From contig JAAOMT010000647.1 in the NCBI GenBank assembly GCA_016748015.1, forward strand, positions 128,880-192,879: 64,000 nt of DNA. The letters run 5' to 3'. Below the pieces are notes generated by a model. It was not told the DNA's origin. It saw nothing but the letters and a program-made list of their open reading frames with translations, and did not search any database. This stretch comes from Geosiphon pyriformis uo1. Taxonomy: Eukaryota; Fungi; Glomeromycota. Below, piece after piece: positions 1 through 14,580 of this stretch (within the stretch, counting starts at the first letter, position 1; every line of letters begins with the position of its first letter). The position numbers and the translations under genes are program-made.

Positions 1-3000
1 CAGAATTTAGTCCAGAAATCCCAAACTTTTGATGCATTCAAGCTAGAATTTTTAAAATATTTCAGTAATAACAACAGCATTAACCACCTGGCAAATACCT
101 TCACCACCATTAAACAAAGAGAAACTGAAGCAGTCACTACTTACTTGAGATGCTTCCATAGAAATCTGCACCAAATCCAGACAATACAAGCTGACTATTT
201 TACAGTGCCACAAATCTTAAACCAATTTATTAGAGGATTGTGCAGTAGCATCCTATAACACATATATCTAATGCATTCAGCAAACCTTCAAGCCACAGTT
301 ACAAACATAAAAGATTTCAAAGCAGCCAAATTAAAAGCCAACCACACTCAAGCTGTCAATCTAGTGATGAATAGATTATCTGAATTGGATTCTAAGTTGA
401 AACAATTCAGTAATTCTATTAATCAAAAATTAGAAGGATACTTAGCTAACAATTAGGCAATTTATTAACTTTCACAATAACATAATAATTATGAAAACAC
501 AAATCATTTCCAGAACCAGTTGTGTCCATCATTCTCAACCAATCAACAGTGGCAGCAGGAAATGCATGTTTGCCACTATTGTGGTAAACAAGGACATTTG
601 AGAATCAACTACAGGCTAAGAATAGATAATCAATGATCAGGAAATCAATATTGAAATCCCGATTGCCAGTTTCAAACTCCAAGATATCAATCCAATCCAG
701 AAATATATGAATCAAATTACCTACCAGTAACACAACTGCCAATTTACCAACCACCTATTTATCAGACTCCAGCACTAGTTATTTATCAACTGCAGCCACA
801 AATAATATACCAACTCTAACAAATTTCTATATTGCCACCAAACTCAGCTCAGATGACATCAGGAAATCCCAGATCAAAAGTCACTTAAAACTGAAGATTA
901 GCAATAGTTGTTCACTAACCAATCCTCAGCTCCTTTCACTAACCAACAGAATTTCATTCTCAGAATTTGGGAACTGAATATGCCCAAAACTCAAATTTTC
1001 AACACTATTTAAGTCTCTTAATTACCCCAAAAGATGCCTTATCTCATAACCCAAAAACCAACCAAAAGCAATCACCTACCAACAACATACCTCCAGCCAC
1101 CATCACCAATAACAAATTACTAGCAGTAATCTTCTCATTCGAACTTGAGAAATTGTCATTCATGCCATTGTTTAGTAGAGCTGCACTCAAAAAAAAACCG
1201 ATTACTGCCATGTACACTAATGCCAAAGTGAATGGCCACTCCATCAAACTCATATTAAATAGCAGATTAGCAGGCAGCATTATTACATGACAACTTATAG
1301 ACCAATTAGGTTACTGAGTTGATCATGCTACCAGTGCCAGAATCATAATAGCCAATAGAGCAACCAAAACTCCAATTGGCAAAATTGATGACCTCTCCAT
1401 AGAAGTCAATAGCATTATTGTACCAATAAAAGTATTAGTCATGGAAGCTACCCAGTACTAAGCACTTGTTGGCAATAACTGGTTGTCCAAAATCAATGCA
1501 ATACTTAACTGAAACATACAGAAGCTCCAACTTAGCCAGAATGGTCAACACACACATGTATCAGTCATGTGTGGCCACTTCAAGCCTACTATTATGCCAG
1601 CACCACACATCAAGTTTGAGAAAGAAAAAAAAATCTCACTTGGGAAGCATATCAAATCTTATGGGCTGATGACAACCACAATAAACTGCCATCAATCCTT
1701 TTCTGGAATGACAAGAGAAAAAAAAGAACTTATCTGGAATTTTGATCAAGTCTGGGGAACCAATAACGATCAGAATAAACTAATAACAACTGGGGAATGA
1801 GAAGAAGAGAATAATAAAAGAAAAGAAAAGGAGAAAAAAGAAGAAACAACACCTATCAGTACCATCACTTATAACTTCTACACTTACACTACATCATAAC
1901 AATCCAACTATCGCTGACCAAAGCTCATATGTGTCGATTGTAACAAGAAATTGTTATCAATAGGTGTATGCTGTGGTGACAATGAGAAATACCAAATAGC
2001 AACTAAGTTTTATTGCCACCCATGTGTTCTTAAACATTTTGGCAGACCAAAGAGGCAGGGAAAATAGGACAACAAACCTTGTCTAGCATGTAAAACAATC
2101 TTGTTCAATGAAAGAATGTGAAATAACATTCTTAGATGTAAAAGAACATAGGATGAAACATGCCAATATACTATTCTAATAAATGACTGGGTATGCAAAA
2201 AAACCCCAATTGACAATGCATAAAAAAAAAGCATTATAACAACTAGAAGAATATTTCTATGACGAACATGAGATCTGAAGAATGGCAAGTGCAAAAGTAG
2301 AAAGTGCAATAACTAGTGAACTATTAGAGATCAAAAACAACCCCTTATCACTTCCTGAACCCAAATATGTCCCAATGTTTGATATCTTTAACAATATTGA
2401 AAATGATTCTAAAGAATTTCACGAGCATTACCAATGTCTGACACTAACAAAAGAAGTGCAAGAGCAATGTCTAGAGCAATTAAACACTCAACTGTGTCAA
2501 CACTGCTTAATATCATGTGACTTCCAATATTGTAATGAGTGTGACCTTATTTACAATCTACCACCACACATGATCTACATGATACCCAAAAAAAAAAACC
2601 AATCAACAGCTGTGTATTAGAATTGGAATCAATTTTTGATCACAATTTAAACTCTGACAATAATGACAACAAAAACACTGGTTCCAGTTCCACTCAATAT
2701 GGCAATAGAAATAACAATAATTCAGACTCCAATTCAAATTTCAAAACATTCATTGCACTTTCTGATCTCACCAAGGAGCAAGAACTAAAATAGTTCAGTA
2801 ATAATGCTAAAAATATTATGCCAGAATATGCACATAATACTGATGCTGGGTTTGATCTGAAGTATCCAGGAAAAAATGCCATCAAATTGAAACCACATTT
2901 GTGCACCTGCATAGATCTTAAAGTAGCACTAGAAATCTCAGCAACAACAATGATTCAACTAGCATCTAAGAGTAGTTTAGTAAAAAAAGAAATCAACATC

Positions 3001-5050
3001 AAAGAAGAAATAATTAACACAAGATATGTAGGAAATATTATTACAAGTTACAAAATAACTCAGAAAAAGCCTATGTTATAGAGCCAAATAAAAAAATAGC
3101 ACAGACAATATTCCTGTCTTTGGTTAAAATAGCTTAGTTAGTATTAGTAAAAAACAGAGAGGAATTAAGGATTACAGCTAAAAAGATACAGGGATTTGGA
3201 TCCATGAGTAGAATAAATATACCAGTCAATATGGCAGAAAAAAAAATTGTTAACAAAAGAGAAATTATTTCCACTTATTAATCAATTTCTATTTTACCAT
3301 ATGACCAGTATATATTAGCCATAAAAAGAGAAGTAAAAAATCAAGTTCAGTTGCTTGAAGCAAAAGCCATCATTTGCAAATCAGGAGAGATCGGACTCAC
3401 TAATCTTTACATATCAGCCAAAAGCTCCAAAAACATCAAAATTCTTATCTACAACATCACTGGAAATATTATTGAGATACCAAAAGGAACTATCATTGGA
3501 TACTTAACCACCGAAGTTGAAAATTAACAACCAAACCTCATTCTAGATTTTTCACAGCTTTGTGGATATGTGAATATCATATTACAAACCATTTACAGAC
3601 AAAGTGAATGTTATTTGCTCCAACCAGAATGATTGGAACAGATAAACATAAGAAATCTAGATCCACTCCAACAAATGCAACTAAAGATGTTACTCAACAA
3701 TTTCAATGACATTTTTGCTAATGAAAATGAATTTGGCTGCACCAACATTATCCAGCATCAAATCAAGACTGGAAATATAATGCTAATTAAACAAAGAGCA
3801 TATCAGATACTACCAGCCAGCCATGAGATCATTTGTCAAGAAATCAATTGAATTTTGGACAATGGACTAATTCAGTCATCAATGAGTCTATAATTATCAC
3901 CAGTAATACTAGTCCAGAAGAAAAATGGGAAAATCTACTTCTGTGTAAATTATAGGAAACTCAATGAAGTCACTCATAAAGATAGCTATCAACTCCATGG
4001 ATCCAGGAGCTATTCAACACTTTCAGTGGAAATAAATGGTTCTCAACACTAAATTTGAATAGTGGTTATTGACAAGTAGCCATAGATCTAGCCAACAAAG
4101 AGAAAACAGCATTTACCACAAGAAAAAAAAATTTCAAATTTGAAGTCATGCCATTTGGCTTAATGAATACACCAGCCACATTTCAACAGCTAATGGAAAT
4201 TGTATACACTAGACTACTATGGAAGTCAGTAGTCATATACTTGGATAACACCAATGTGTTTTCAAAAACATTCGATGATCATTTTCATTATCTTCATTAT
4301 CTTCAACAAGTATTTGAAAGACTCAAACAAACAGGACTGAAATTGAATGCAAACAAGTGCTTCTTTAGAAAAACTGAACTTAAGTTTTTGGAACATATTG
4401 TGAGCAAAGACAGCATAAAAACAGATCCAGACAAGATTAAAGTTGTCAAAAACTTTCCAGTACCAAATAATCTTACCAAACTAAAAACATTTTTGGGATT
4501 TGCAGAGTACTATTACTACTTTATCAAAATTTTTTCTAAACGGATTTAGCCATTATATCAACTCTAAAGCAAGAATGTGAAATATAAATGGACAGAAATC
4601 CAGCAAGAAGCTTTTAACACACTAAGAAGAAAACTCATTCAAGCTCCAGTGTTAATTTATCCAGACCACAGCAAATTATTCATTATCATTATTAATGCAT
4701 CAGGTCAAGCATTGGGAACAGTACTATCACAGAGAAAACCAGATAGAAGAGAGCATCCAGTAGCATATGCCAGCCAAAGTTTGAGTCCAGTAGAAAAAAA
4801 CTAATGAATATCAGCATTAGAACACTTAGCGATCTACTGGGCAGTCATAAAATAGAAAGAATACTTAAGCCAAAAATTTGATATTTATATGGACCATAAA
4901 GGATTGACTTCAATCCAGAAACAAAAATTTGAAGATGATTACTATACATGATAGAAAATAGAACTATTACCATTCAAATATACAGTATATTATAAAAAAA
5001 GAAAAGAAAATAGAAATACTAACAGTTTGTCATGAATAAAACAAATCTTA
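1..5050 (+). pseudogene. pol: Decayed gag-PR-Cys-rich-dUTPase-RT-RNase H region of copy A
   Basis: ORF fragments 271-456, 967-1290 (KLILNSRLAGS = degenerate LDSG), 2282-2620, 2818-3081, 4148-4549 and 4577-4804 (NASGQALG, AYASQSL). Many TAA/TGA stops. Confidence 0.9.
2818..3210 (+). pseudogene. dUTPase domain of copy A
   Basis: AHNTDAGFDL (motif 1), ASKSSL (2), IINTRYVG (3), KIAQ (4), QGFGS (5). Confidence 0.9.
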
Positions 5051-5110
5051 ATATTTCAATCCAAAAATATAACAAAATACAAACAATTGAAAACAAAAAT
5101 ATAACAAAAA

Positions 5111-7340
5111 ATGAACACACAAAAATATTAACAACTCCAGCATTATATAAATACTCAACAATTCAAGGAAAAATTATCTCAAAAAGAACAAAACAACATA
5201 AAACAACAATCAAAATACTTTATCAATCATCAAAATATACTTTACTAAAAGAACAAAAAAAATCCAGATCAACCAACCAAAGTAATTACAGAACCAGAAA
5301 AAGAAACAATACTGTTCAACATGTACTCAGACCCAACAGCAGAACATTTTTATAAAGAAACAACCATAAAAAAAACCAAAAATAAATACTATTGGCCATC
5401 AATGTATCCAGACATTATTTAATACGTTCAAAATTGTGATGCTTGTCAGAGAAAAAGAAGAATAAGACCAAGTAAATCATTAAAACCAATCAAAGTGAGA
5501 TAACTATTTGATCACATTAGAATTGATTTAGTCAAATCATTAACAATCACCAGTAGAAGAAACTGATATATCGCAGTAGTCATGGATTATCTCACTAAAT
5601 GGCCAAAAACAAAAGCCATTCAAAGAGCAGATGCAGAATTTGTCACCAAATTCATTCACTAAGATCTAATTTGTCGACATAGATGTCCAAAAAAATTACT
5701 ATCAGATCAAAGAACTTACTTTGTGAATAAAACATTAGCTGAATTAAGTCAAAGATTTGGAATCAAAAAACCATTATCATCATTATATTATCCACAAACC
5801 AATGGCTTAGTTGAAAGATTCAATAGAACATTGTGTAAAGCAATTGCCAAAATCAGCCAAAAAAATCAAGACAAATGGAATTTGTTTATACCATCAATAT
5901 TATTTGCTTATTGAACAATGAAACAAGATACTACACAAGCAACACCATTTGAGTTGGTATACAGTAAAACAGCAATATTACCAGTTGAGATAGAAGTCAA
6001 TACATATCCAATAGAACCATAACAGAAGACAATTTTCAAGAAACATTGCTAAGAAGAACATACAACTTAATAGAGACACTAGAAAACAAAAAGCAAAGAG
6101 CAGCTGATAACATTCAGATGTCACAAAAGAAACAAAAAAAATGACATGATAACCAATTACCAGATAAACCAGTTGAATTCAAGATTGGAGACAAAATACT
6201 CTTACATTATACCAAAGTGGAAAAACATTGGAGTGGAAAATTTGACCCCAAATGAGATAAACCATTTCACATAGAAGAAATTCTAGAAAATGAAGCTTAT
6301 AAATTAAGATAGGACAACAAAATCCTGGCCAAAGCAGCACATGGTGATTGACTGAAACCATATTACTATTGTTACAGATGATTATTTGGGGTTTTAAATC
6401 AAATAACAAATCTATAATTTAGTGCTTAATTGATTTTACAGATGATGTTGTTAATAATCTGGAGGTTTTGGTGTCTGAAGGTTTTGATTGAGTCTTTTGT
6501 ATAATAGACAAAAATTCAATGATTGTTTTATCTGTAGCTTCCTGAAACTGCAGTTTTGTTAATTTTTTTCTTGGTGTGGTGACTAACAATCTCTTGGTAA
6601 GCTATTCTCAATTCTATGAGTATTTACCCTTATTCCTAAGTTTTTTACCAGTGCTATATCCTAACATCAGTACCTCTGCATATTATTCTTTTTAATCAAT
6701 TAGTACATAACAATAAAATCAAAGAAATGAAAAATAAAGAAATGAAATAAAGAAAATAAACCAATGCAATTGCAAATTAGTATTCTGTTAATAACCATGA
6801 TCAAGAGCTATTGTTTCAGTGTGGTTAAGTATCAATTACTATTAACATCAAGTATTGATAGTGGAAAGTAGAGTTGAGATAGTGAATAATTATTTATTGC
6901 TTTGAAAGATTGCTTAGATCAAATCTAAATTGAAAGATCTGTTTTTTCTACTTTTAATATTATCACTATATATACATAATTGAGATTTCTCAATTTTTTG
7001 ATTTTTCACACCAGAAATCCTGGAATTCCTGGAATTCTGCAATTTTTTTGAGAGAAATTCTGAAATTCTGGAATCTTGTGATTTCTTATACAAGAATTCT
7101 AAAATTCCTGGAATTTTGCAATTTCTCTAAGAGGAATCCTGGAATTCTACATTTACTACATTTACTTCTGATTGGCTAATTTATATGCTAATATACTTCC
7201 TATATTCTATGAGTAACACCATATAGTATTATCATCCACCAGTAATATTCTACAATTGGGAGTATAGTAAATACTAGTCCAACCAGATAAATTCCATGAG
7301 ATTTGAAACCAATCATAATTATTAGACCAAACATGTAAAA
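5111..7340 (+). pseudogene. Integrase of copy A, C-terminus split by a solo LTR
   Basis: Starts at ATG 5111 (MNTQKY...); HHCC remnant, YYPQTNGLVERFN core and GPF-like C-terminus. Confidence 0.88.
6370..7218 (-). repeat. Solo LTR, family 1, antisense, in copy A
   Basis: Reverse complement of the 8017-8853 LTR with TGTTAC/GTAACA ends. Flanks CTAT/CCAT form a 4-bp TSD with one C>T. Confidence 0.93.
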
Positions 7341-7398
7341 TTAAACAATAAAAAGAGAATATAAAGACATTGTAGATGTGACAAAAGACATCAGAAAA

Positions 7399-8003
7399 AT
7401 AAAAATTACTGACAACATTTACTTACTAGCACAACAACTTTTCCAATTAATTCAACAACAAGAGGTAGAAATTACAATCAATTAACAAACCATCAGATAC
7501 ACAAACACCAAAAAAAGACTATGGGATAAAGTATGAAGAAAAACAGAAGACATTATTGACAAAATAATTGCAAAAGTGAAATTGGCAATAAAAGCACAAC
7601 CAAAAGTCATCCAATATCAAGAGTTGACCGTAAAAACTTGGAATTGGTGGATACAACAATTTCCAAAAAACTTTTGTTACTTCTACTTAGAACAACATGT
7701 GAATATTCAGAATTTACATATGGATAAAACAAAATAGTTATTCAACACAACAATACTGCAACAACTGGAACAATTTGTGGGAAAAAACCATTTGATCACA
7801 CAAGCAAGAGTCATTTATCAGCTACACACTGAATTTTAAGATCAATCAGAAATTTTACTCAACACAAAAATGAATACTGTTACTATTAACCAAATGAGAA
7901 AAAGATAACACAAATAATTATCGAAAAAGAAGTTCAAGAAATACTCAAAGATGGAGAATTAGAGTTAAAAGATTTAGGAGATCTTGACGGAGCTTAATAT
8001 TAA
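7399..8003 (+). pseudogene. ORF3 (unknown function) of copy A
   Basis: Colinear with 19499-20137 (ITDNIYLLAQQLFQ...NFCYFYL...); short internal deletion near 7900. Confidence 0.75.
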
Positions 8004-8016
8004 AAGAAAAGAATAA

Positions 8017-8853
8017 TGTTACTTATAAAATATAGGAAATATACTAGCATATAAATTAGCCAATCAGAAGTAGACATAGTAAATATGAAATTCCAGGATT
8101 TCTCTCAGAAGAATTGCAGAATTTCAGGAATTTTAGAATTCTTATATAAGGAATTGTAAGATTCCAAAATTCCAGGATTCTTCTCAAAGGAATTGCAGAA
8201 TTCCAGAAATTCCAGAATTCCTGGTGTGAAGAATCAAGGAATTGAGAAATCTTAATTATGTATATATAGTGGTAGCATTAGAAGTAGAAAAGACAAACTT
8301 CTCAGTTTAGATTTAATCTAAACAACCTTCCAAACCAATAAATAATTATTCACTATCTCAAATTCACTTTCCATTATCAACACTTCATGTTGATAGTAAT
8401 TAATACTTAATTACACTGAAACAATAGCTCTTGATCACAGCTATTAATGGAATATTAACTTGCAATTACATTGGCTCATTTTCTTTATTTTTTTATTTCT
8501 TTTCTTTGATTTATTGTTGTTTACTAAATTAATTTAAGAATTAAGCACTGAAGTACAGACATCATAGAGACTGGTAAAAGACCTGTAAAACAAGAGTAGA
8601 ACACTCATAGATTTGAGGATAGCTTACCAGGAGGATTACCAGCCACCACACTGAGAAAAAAATTCAATGAAATTGTGATTCTGGGAGGCTACTAAAAACA
8701 ATCATCACATCTCTGTCTATTATACAAAAAACTCTACAACAAAACCTTCAGACTGATAACACTTTCAGATTACCAACATCTTCAGTATATTAATTGAGCA
8801 CCAAGTTACAAGTTTGTTATTTATTTCAATATCTGAAATAATCACTTGTAACA
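8017..8853 (+). repeat. 3' LTR of copy A
   Basis: Preceded by a purine tract; TGTTAC...GTAACA ends; GAATTCCAG-type array followed by TATGTATATATAG. Confidence 0.95.
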
Positions 8854-10956
8854 CCAGATAGAAAAGAACATCCAATAGTATATGTCAGCTGAAGTTTGAG
8901 TCCAGCAGAGAAAAACTTTGGAACACCAGCATTAGAACACTTAGCAATATACTGAGCAGTCATGAAATAGAAGAAATACTTAAACCAGAAATTTGACATC
9001 TATATGAACCATAAAAAATTGACTTCAATCTAGAAGCAAAAATTTGGAGACAATTGTTATGCTCAATAGAAGATAGAACTTTCACCATTCAAATATACAG
9101 TACAATATAAAAAGGGAAAAGAAAACAGAGATACTGACAATTTGTCACAAATGAGACAAATCTAAGAACATTTCAACTCAATAATATAACAAAAAAATGA
9201 ATACACAAAAATATTAACAACTTCAACATTATATAAATACCCAATTGTTCAAGAAGAAATTATCTCAAAAAAAACAAAACAACATCAAACAACAGTCCAA
9301 ATATTTTATCACCTACCAAAATATACTTTATTGAAAAAACAGAAAGAATTCAGATTAACCAACCAGAGTAATTACAAAACTAAAAAAAAAAACAATATTA
9401 TTCAACATGCACTCGGATTTAATAGCAGGACATTTTCATAAAGAAGCAACAATAGAAAGAACCAGAGAAAGATACTATTGGCTATTAATGTATTCAGACA
9501 TCATCCAATATGTTTAAAATTGTGATGCTTGTCAGAGAAGAAGAGGAACAAAACCCAGTGAACTATTAAGATTGATTAAAGTAGAACAACCATTTAATTG
9601 TACTAAATTTGACTTAGTCAGACTATTAACAATTACTAGCAGAGACAACAGATATATTGCAGTAGTCATGGATTATTTTACTAAATGGCCAAAAGCAAAA
9701 GCCATTCAAAGAGCAGATGCAAAATCTGTTACCAAATTTGTTCATCAAAATTTAATTTGTTGACATGAATGTTTAAAAGAATTACTATCAGATCAAGAAA
9801 CACATTTTGTAAACAGAACATTAGCCAAGTTAAGTCAAAGATTTGGAATTAAAAGACCATTATCATTACCATATTATCCACAAACCAATGGCTTAGTTGA
9901 AAAATTCAATAGAACATTGTGTAAAGCAATTGCTAAGATCAGCCAAAAAAACCAGGATAAATGGAATTTGTTCATACCACCAATATTATTTGCTTATCAG
10001 ACAATGAAACAAGACACTACACAAGCAACACCATTTGAATTAGTCTATGATAGAACAGCAACATTACCAGTAGAGATAAAAGTCAACACATATTCAACTG
10101 AGCCAATAACAGAAGACAATTTCTAAGAAATATTGTTGAAAAAAACATATGACTTAATGAAGACACTAGAAAACAAATGGCAAAGAGCAGCTGATAACAT
10201 TCAAAAGTCACAAGAAAAACAAAAAGAACAACATGATAACCAATTATCAGATAAACTAGTTGAATTCAAGATTGGAGACAAAGTATTCTTACATTGTACC
10301 AAAGTGGAAAAACAATGGAATAGAAAATTTGATTCCAAATGAGATAGACCATTTCACATAGAAAAAATTCTAGAAAATGGAGCTTATAAATTAAGATGAG
10401 ACAACAAAATCTTAGCCAAAGCAGCACATGGTAATCAACTTAAACTATATTACAAGATAACATTATTATTCACCAGTAATATTTCACAATTGAGAATACA
10501 AAAAATACTAGTCCAACCAGATAAGATTCCATAAGATCTAGAACTAATCATTATCATTAACACTAATACATCAAATTGAGCAACTAAAAGAATATAAAGA
10601 CATAGTAGACATGACAGAAGATATCAGAAAAATAAAAATTATTAACAAAATTTACTCACTAGTATAACAATTCTTTCAATTAATCTAACAACAAAAAATA
10701 GAAATTACAATCAATCAACAAACCATTAGATACACAACTACCAAAAAAAGACTACAAAATAAAATATGAAGAAAAACAGAAAACACTGTTAACAAAATTA
10801 TCACAAAAGTGAAATTGGCAATAAAAGCACAACCAAAAGTCATCCAATATCAAGAGTTAACTATAGAAATCTGGAATTGGTAAATACAACAATTTCCAAG
10901 AAACTTTTGCTATTTTTATTTGGGACAATACTTAAACATTTAGAATTTATATACAG

Positions 10957-11823
10957 TATTACTCATAGAATATAGAAAGTATATTAGCATATAAATTAGC
11001 CAATCAGAAGTAGACATAGTAAAAGTGGAATTTCAGGATTCTTCTTAGAAGAATTGTAAGATTCTAGGAATTTCAGAATTCTTATATAAGGAATCACAGA
11101 ATTTCAGAATTTCAGGATTTCTCTTAAAAAAATTGCAGAATTCCAGAAATTTCAGGATTCCTGGTGTGAAAAATTGAAATTGAGAAATCTTAATTATATA
11201 TATATAGTGGTAGTATTAGAAGTAGAAAAGACAGACTTCTTAGTTTAGATTTTATTGAAACTATTTTTTCAAATCACAAATATCAATAAATAATTATTTG
11301 CTATTGCAATTCACTTTCCACTATTACCATTTTATGTTGATAGTAATTCATACTTGATCATACTGGAACAATAGCTCTTAATCATGACTATTAATAAGAT
11401 ACTAACTTAATTGCCTTGGCTTAACTTCTTTATTTTTCTTTTATTTTTCTTTTATTTTCTTTTTTTTATTATTGTTGTGTACTAATTGATTAAAAGAATA
11501 ATGTGTAGAGTTACTAACATCAGGATATAGCACTGGTAAAAAACCCAGGAATAAGGATAGAACATTCGATTAAAGATAGCTTACCAAAAGAATTATCAGC
11601 CATTATGCTGAGAAAGAAATTGATGAAACTATGGTTTTGGGAAGCTATAGATAAAACAATCATTGAATCTTTGTTCATTATACAAAGAACTCAACCAAAA
11701 TCTTCAGATTGATAAAACCTTTAGATTGATAAAACCTTCAGAAATCACCAACTATATTACTAATTGAGCACTAAGTTACAGGTTTATTATTTGATTTAAG
11801 ACCTCAAATAATCACCTGTAACA
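10957..11823 (+). repeat. 5' LTR of copy C
   Basis: TATTACTC (TG>TA)...CCTGTAACA; direct repeat of 20151-21002. Confidence 0.95.
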
Positions 11824-11825
11824 TT

Positions 11826-11841
11826 TGGTGCTCTCTATGAG
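11826..11841 (+). promoter_or_regulatory. Primer-binding site TGGTGCTCTCTATGAG
   Basis: TGG lies 2 nt after the LTR end. Related TGGTGCT/TGGTACT sites follow the 5' LTRs of F, G, H, I and J. Confidence 0.85.
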
Positions 11842-11886
11842 ATATAAATCTACAGAGAACTAGCACCAGCAACAACTATTCCTAAA

Positions 11887-13620
11887 GTGGCAAAAACAGA
11901 AATAATAGAAACAAATTATTTAGAATTTGCCAAATCCTTATTTCAACAGTACAACCAACAATTAGGATTAAGCAACAATCATTATTCAGCAGAATTAGCC
12001 TTCAATTTTTATGTCAATAAAAGAATCAAAAATTTCCTAAGAGTACCAATTGACATTGAATTAGCAAGGGAGAATTTCTACACAGAATTAATTCAACATC
12101 TTAGCTTACCATAAAATCATAGTTTTGTGCCAATCATTAGAGAAATCAATCAAACCATTGAAAAATACACTCAACAACAATTTTCTATTACCTATGTAGA
12201 CAAAAGTAAAAGAAAATTACAAACACCAGCAGTAACACCAAAAAGAATCCAAATACCAAACTAGAAAAAACAAAAAATTGAATCCCCAATATACTCATCA
12301 TATTACCACACATTTAGAAGTACAATTAATATTACATCAGCAGGTGCATCCATATTAAACATGACATCAACATTTGGGCAACTCCCATTTCAAAATAAAC
12401 AGAAAAAAGCAGAGATATTGGAAACTTACAGCAATTATTTTGAAGGATTCAAATTATGATTGCCAATACCATTAGGATTCTGATCACTATTATCTTCCCC
12501 AGATTTCAGAACCATAAGTTCTTGGAAAGTAACAGAATCAGAAAAAAAAGAAGACAACAATCAAAAATTTACTTATCAAAACCCAATTCTAGAAAATCTG
12601 GAAATTGAAACTCCAGATAATCAAATCTTAGAGCAGTAAACTCTGAATAATCAAAACCTCAATCTAATTAATCAACCAAACTTATCTCCAGTAATCATTA
12701 TCAATCAGCCACTAATTGAACTGATTATTGCACTGATTCAGCAACCACTTTAACAACCAATACAGCCACTTCAACAACTGCAACAACAACTCCAACTACT
12801 GTCAGTACAACAACAACAACTGATTGCACAAATGGCATACACCTCAATTGTAAAGCTCAAAAAATTTATGAGTGAAAAAATGACACTCAAGTATGGTTCA
12901 ATAACATAAAAAAAGCCATTATGGCTAATAGATGGAATAATGCCAGAGCTATGCAAGCTATTTCATATTTTCTTCAGGATACTGCTAACTTGTAGTATCA
13001 AAGCTTGGTCAACAAACTCCAAGATTTCAAGCATTCAAGCTTGAATTTCTAAGATACTTTAGTAATAATAACAGTATTAATTGACTGGCTAATATCTTCA
13101 CTACTATTAAACAAGAAGAAACTGAAGCAGTTATTACTTACTTAGGATGCTTTCACAAAAATCTGCACCAGATCTAAGCCATTAATGTCGATTATTTTAC
13201 AGTGGCCCAAATTCTAAATCAATTTATTTGGGGATTATGCAGTAGCATCTTGTAATGCATATGCTTACTACATCTAGCCAACCTGCAAACCACAGTCACC
13301 AATGCTAGAGATTTTGAAGCCACCAAATTAAAAGCTAATTATGCCCAAGCCATAAATCTAGTAATGAACAGATTATCTGAATTGAACTCTAAGTTAAAAC
13401 AATTCAGTGATTCCATCAATCAGAAATTAAAGAGATACTTAGCTAACAATCGAACAATTTATTAACCTTCACAATAACACAATAATCCAGGAAACTCTAC
13501 TTGTTTCCAAAATCAGCCATGTCCAACTTCATCAAATCAATTATGCCAGACAGAGACAGGTATTTGCCACAACTGTAGTAAACAAGATCACATAAGAACC
13601 GATTACCATTCTTATATTAA
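11887..13620 (+). pseudogene. gag: gag of copy C: N-terminal domain, Q/P-rich linker, capsid-like domain, CCHC knuckle
   Basis: GTG-opened fragment 11887-12114; MAYTSIVKLKKF... capsid start ~12832; CHNCSKQDHI ~13565. Confidence 0.85.
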
Positions 13621-14199
13621 CTCATGATTGGGAAATCAATATCAAAACCCAAATTGCTGGTTTCAAATGCCAAATCAGTACCCAAATTAGGATCAATACC
13701 AACCTCATTACATCTAAATAACACACCAGCCAATTTATCAACCACCAGTATATCAAGCTCTACTTTATTAGCCAACAGCACCAGTTATCTATCAACTACA
13801 GCCACAATTAGTATATCAGCTTCAACAAATCCAAACACCACCACAAAACTCACCTCAAACCAGAATCCAAAGACCAAAAATGACACAATAAAACTGGAGA
13901 TCAGCAAGAGTTGTTTACCAACTGATCTCCAGTTTTTCAACCCAACAAACAAGATCTTATTAGCAGAATTTGGGCACTGAGTACACCCAAAACCTGAATT
14001 CTCAACACTATTTAAGTTTCCTAGTTACCTCAGAAGATGCTGTATTCAATGACTTGAAAACCATCCAAAACCATTCTCTTACTAGCAACATACCTCTCGC
14101 CATTATAACCAATGATGAATTGCTAGCAGCCATTTTTCCATTTGAATTCAAGGAGCCATCAAAAACACTTTTGTTTAGTAGAACTACCTTTAAAGAAAA

Positions 14200-14580
14200 A
14201 CCCATTACTGCCATGTACACTGATGCTAAAGTTGATGACCATTTTATTAAACTCATATTAGACAGTGGATTAGCAAACAGTATTATCACATGGCAACTCA
14301 TAGACCAATTAGGTTGCTGAGTTGATTGCACTGTTAGTGCCAGAATCATAAGAGCCAATAGAATGACCAAAACTCCCATTAGTGAAATTAATGACTTACC
14401 CATTGAAATTGATGGCATTATAGTATTTATCAAATTTCTTGTGATGGAAGCAACTCAGTATCAAGCACTCATTAGCAATAACTAGTTGTCTAAGACCAAT
14501 ACAATACTTAACTGGACTACCCAAGAGTTGTAACTCAATTAGAATGAATAACACACTTGAGTACCAGCAATCTGTGGCCA
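14200..14580 (+). pseudogene. Aspartic protease of copy C
   Basis: KLILDSGLANSII, downstream ALISNN (LLGND-like). Confidence 0.88.

Larger units (their letters stand above)
1..8853 (+). mobile_element. Gypsy family-1 copy A (5' end outside window), inserted in RNase H of copy B; carries a solo LTR at 6370-7218
   Basis: Gag tail with CCHC remnant (CHYCGKQGHL ~570), protease (~1201), dUTPase (2818), RT (MPFGL...YLDN), RNase H, integrase, ORF3, PPT 8001-8016 and 3' LTR. Host B resumes at 8854 with PDRKEHP. Confidence 0.93.

Noticed and set aside
13624-13980. Ser/Thr-rich ORFs (also 60341-60793) as an overlapping gene or programmed frameshift product
   Set aside because: Alternative frame of the Q/P/Y-rich gag-protease linker; no conserved start or slippery site could be established.
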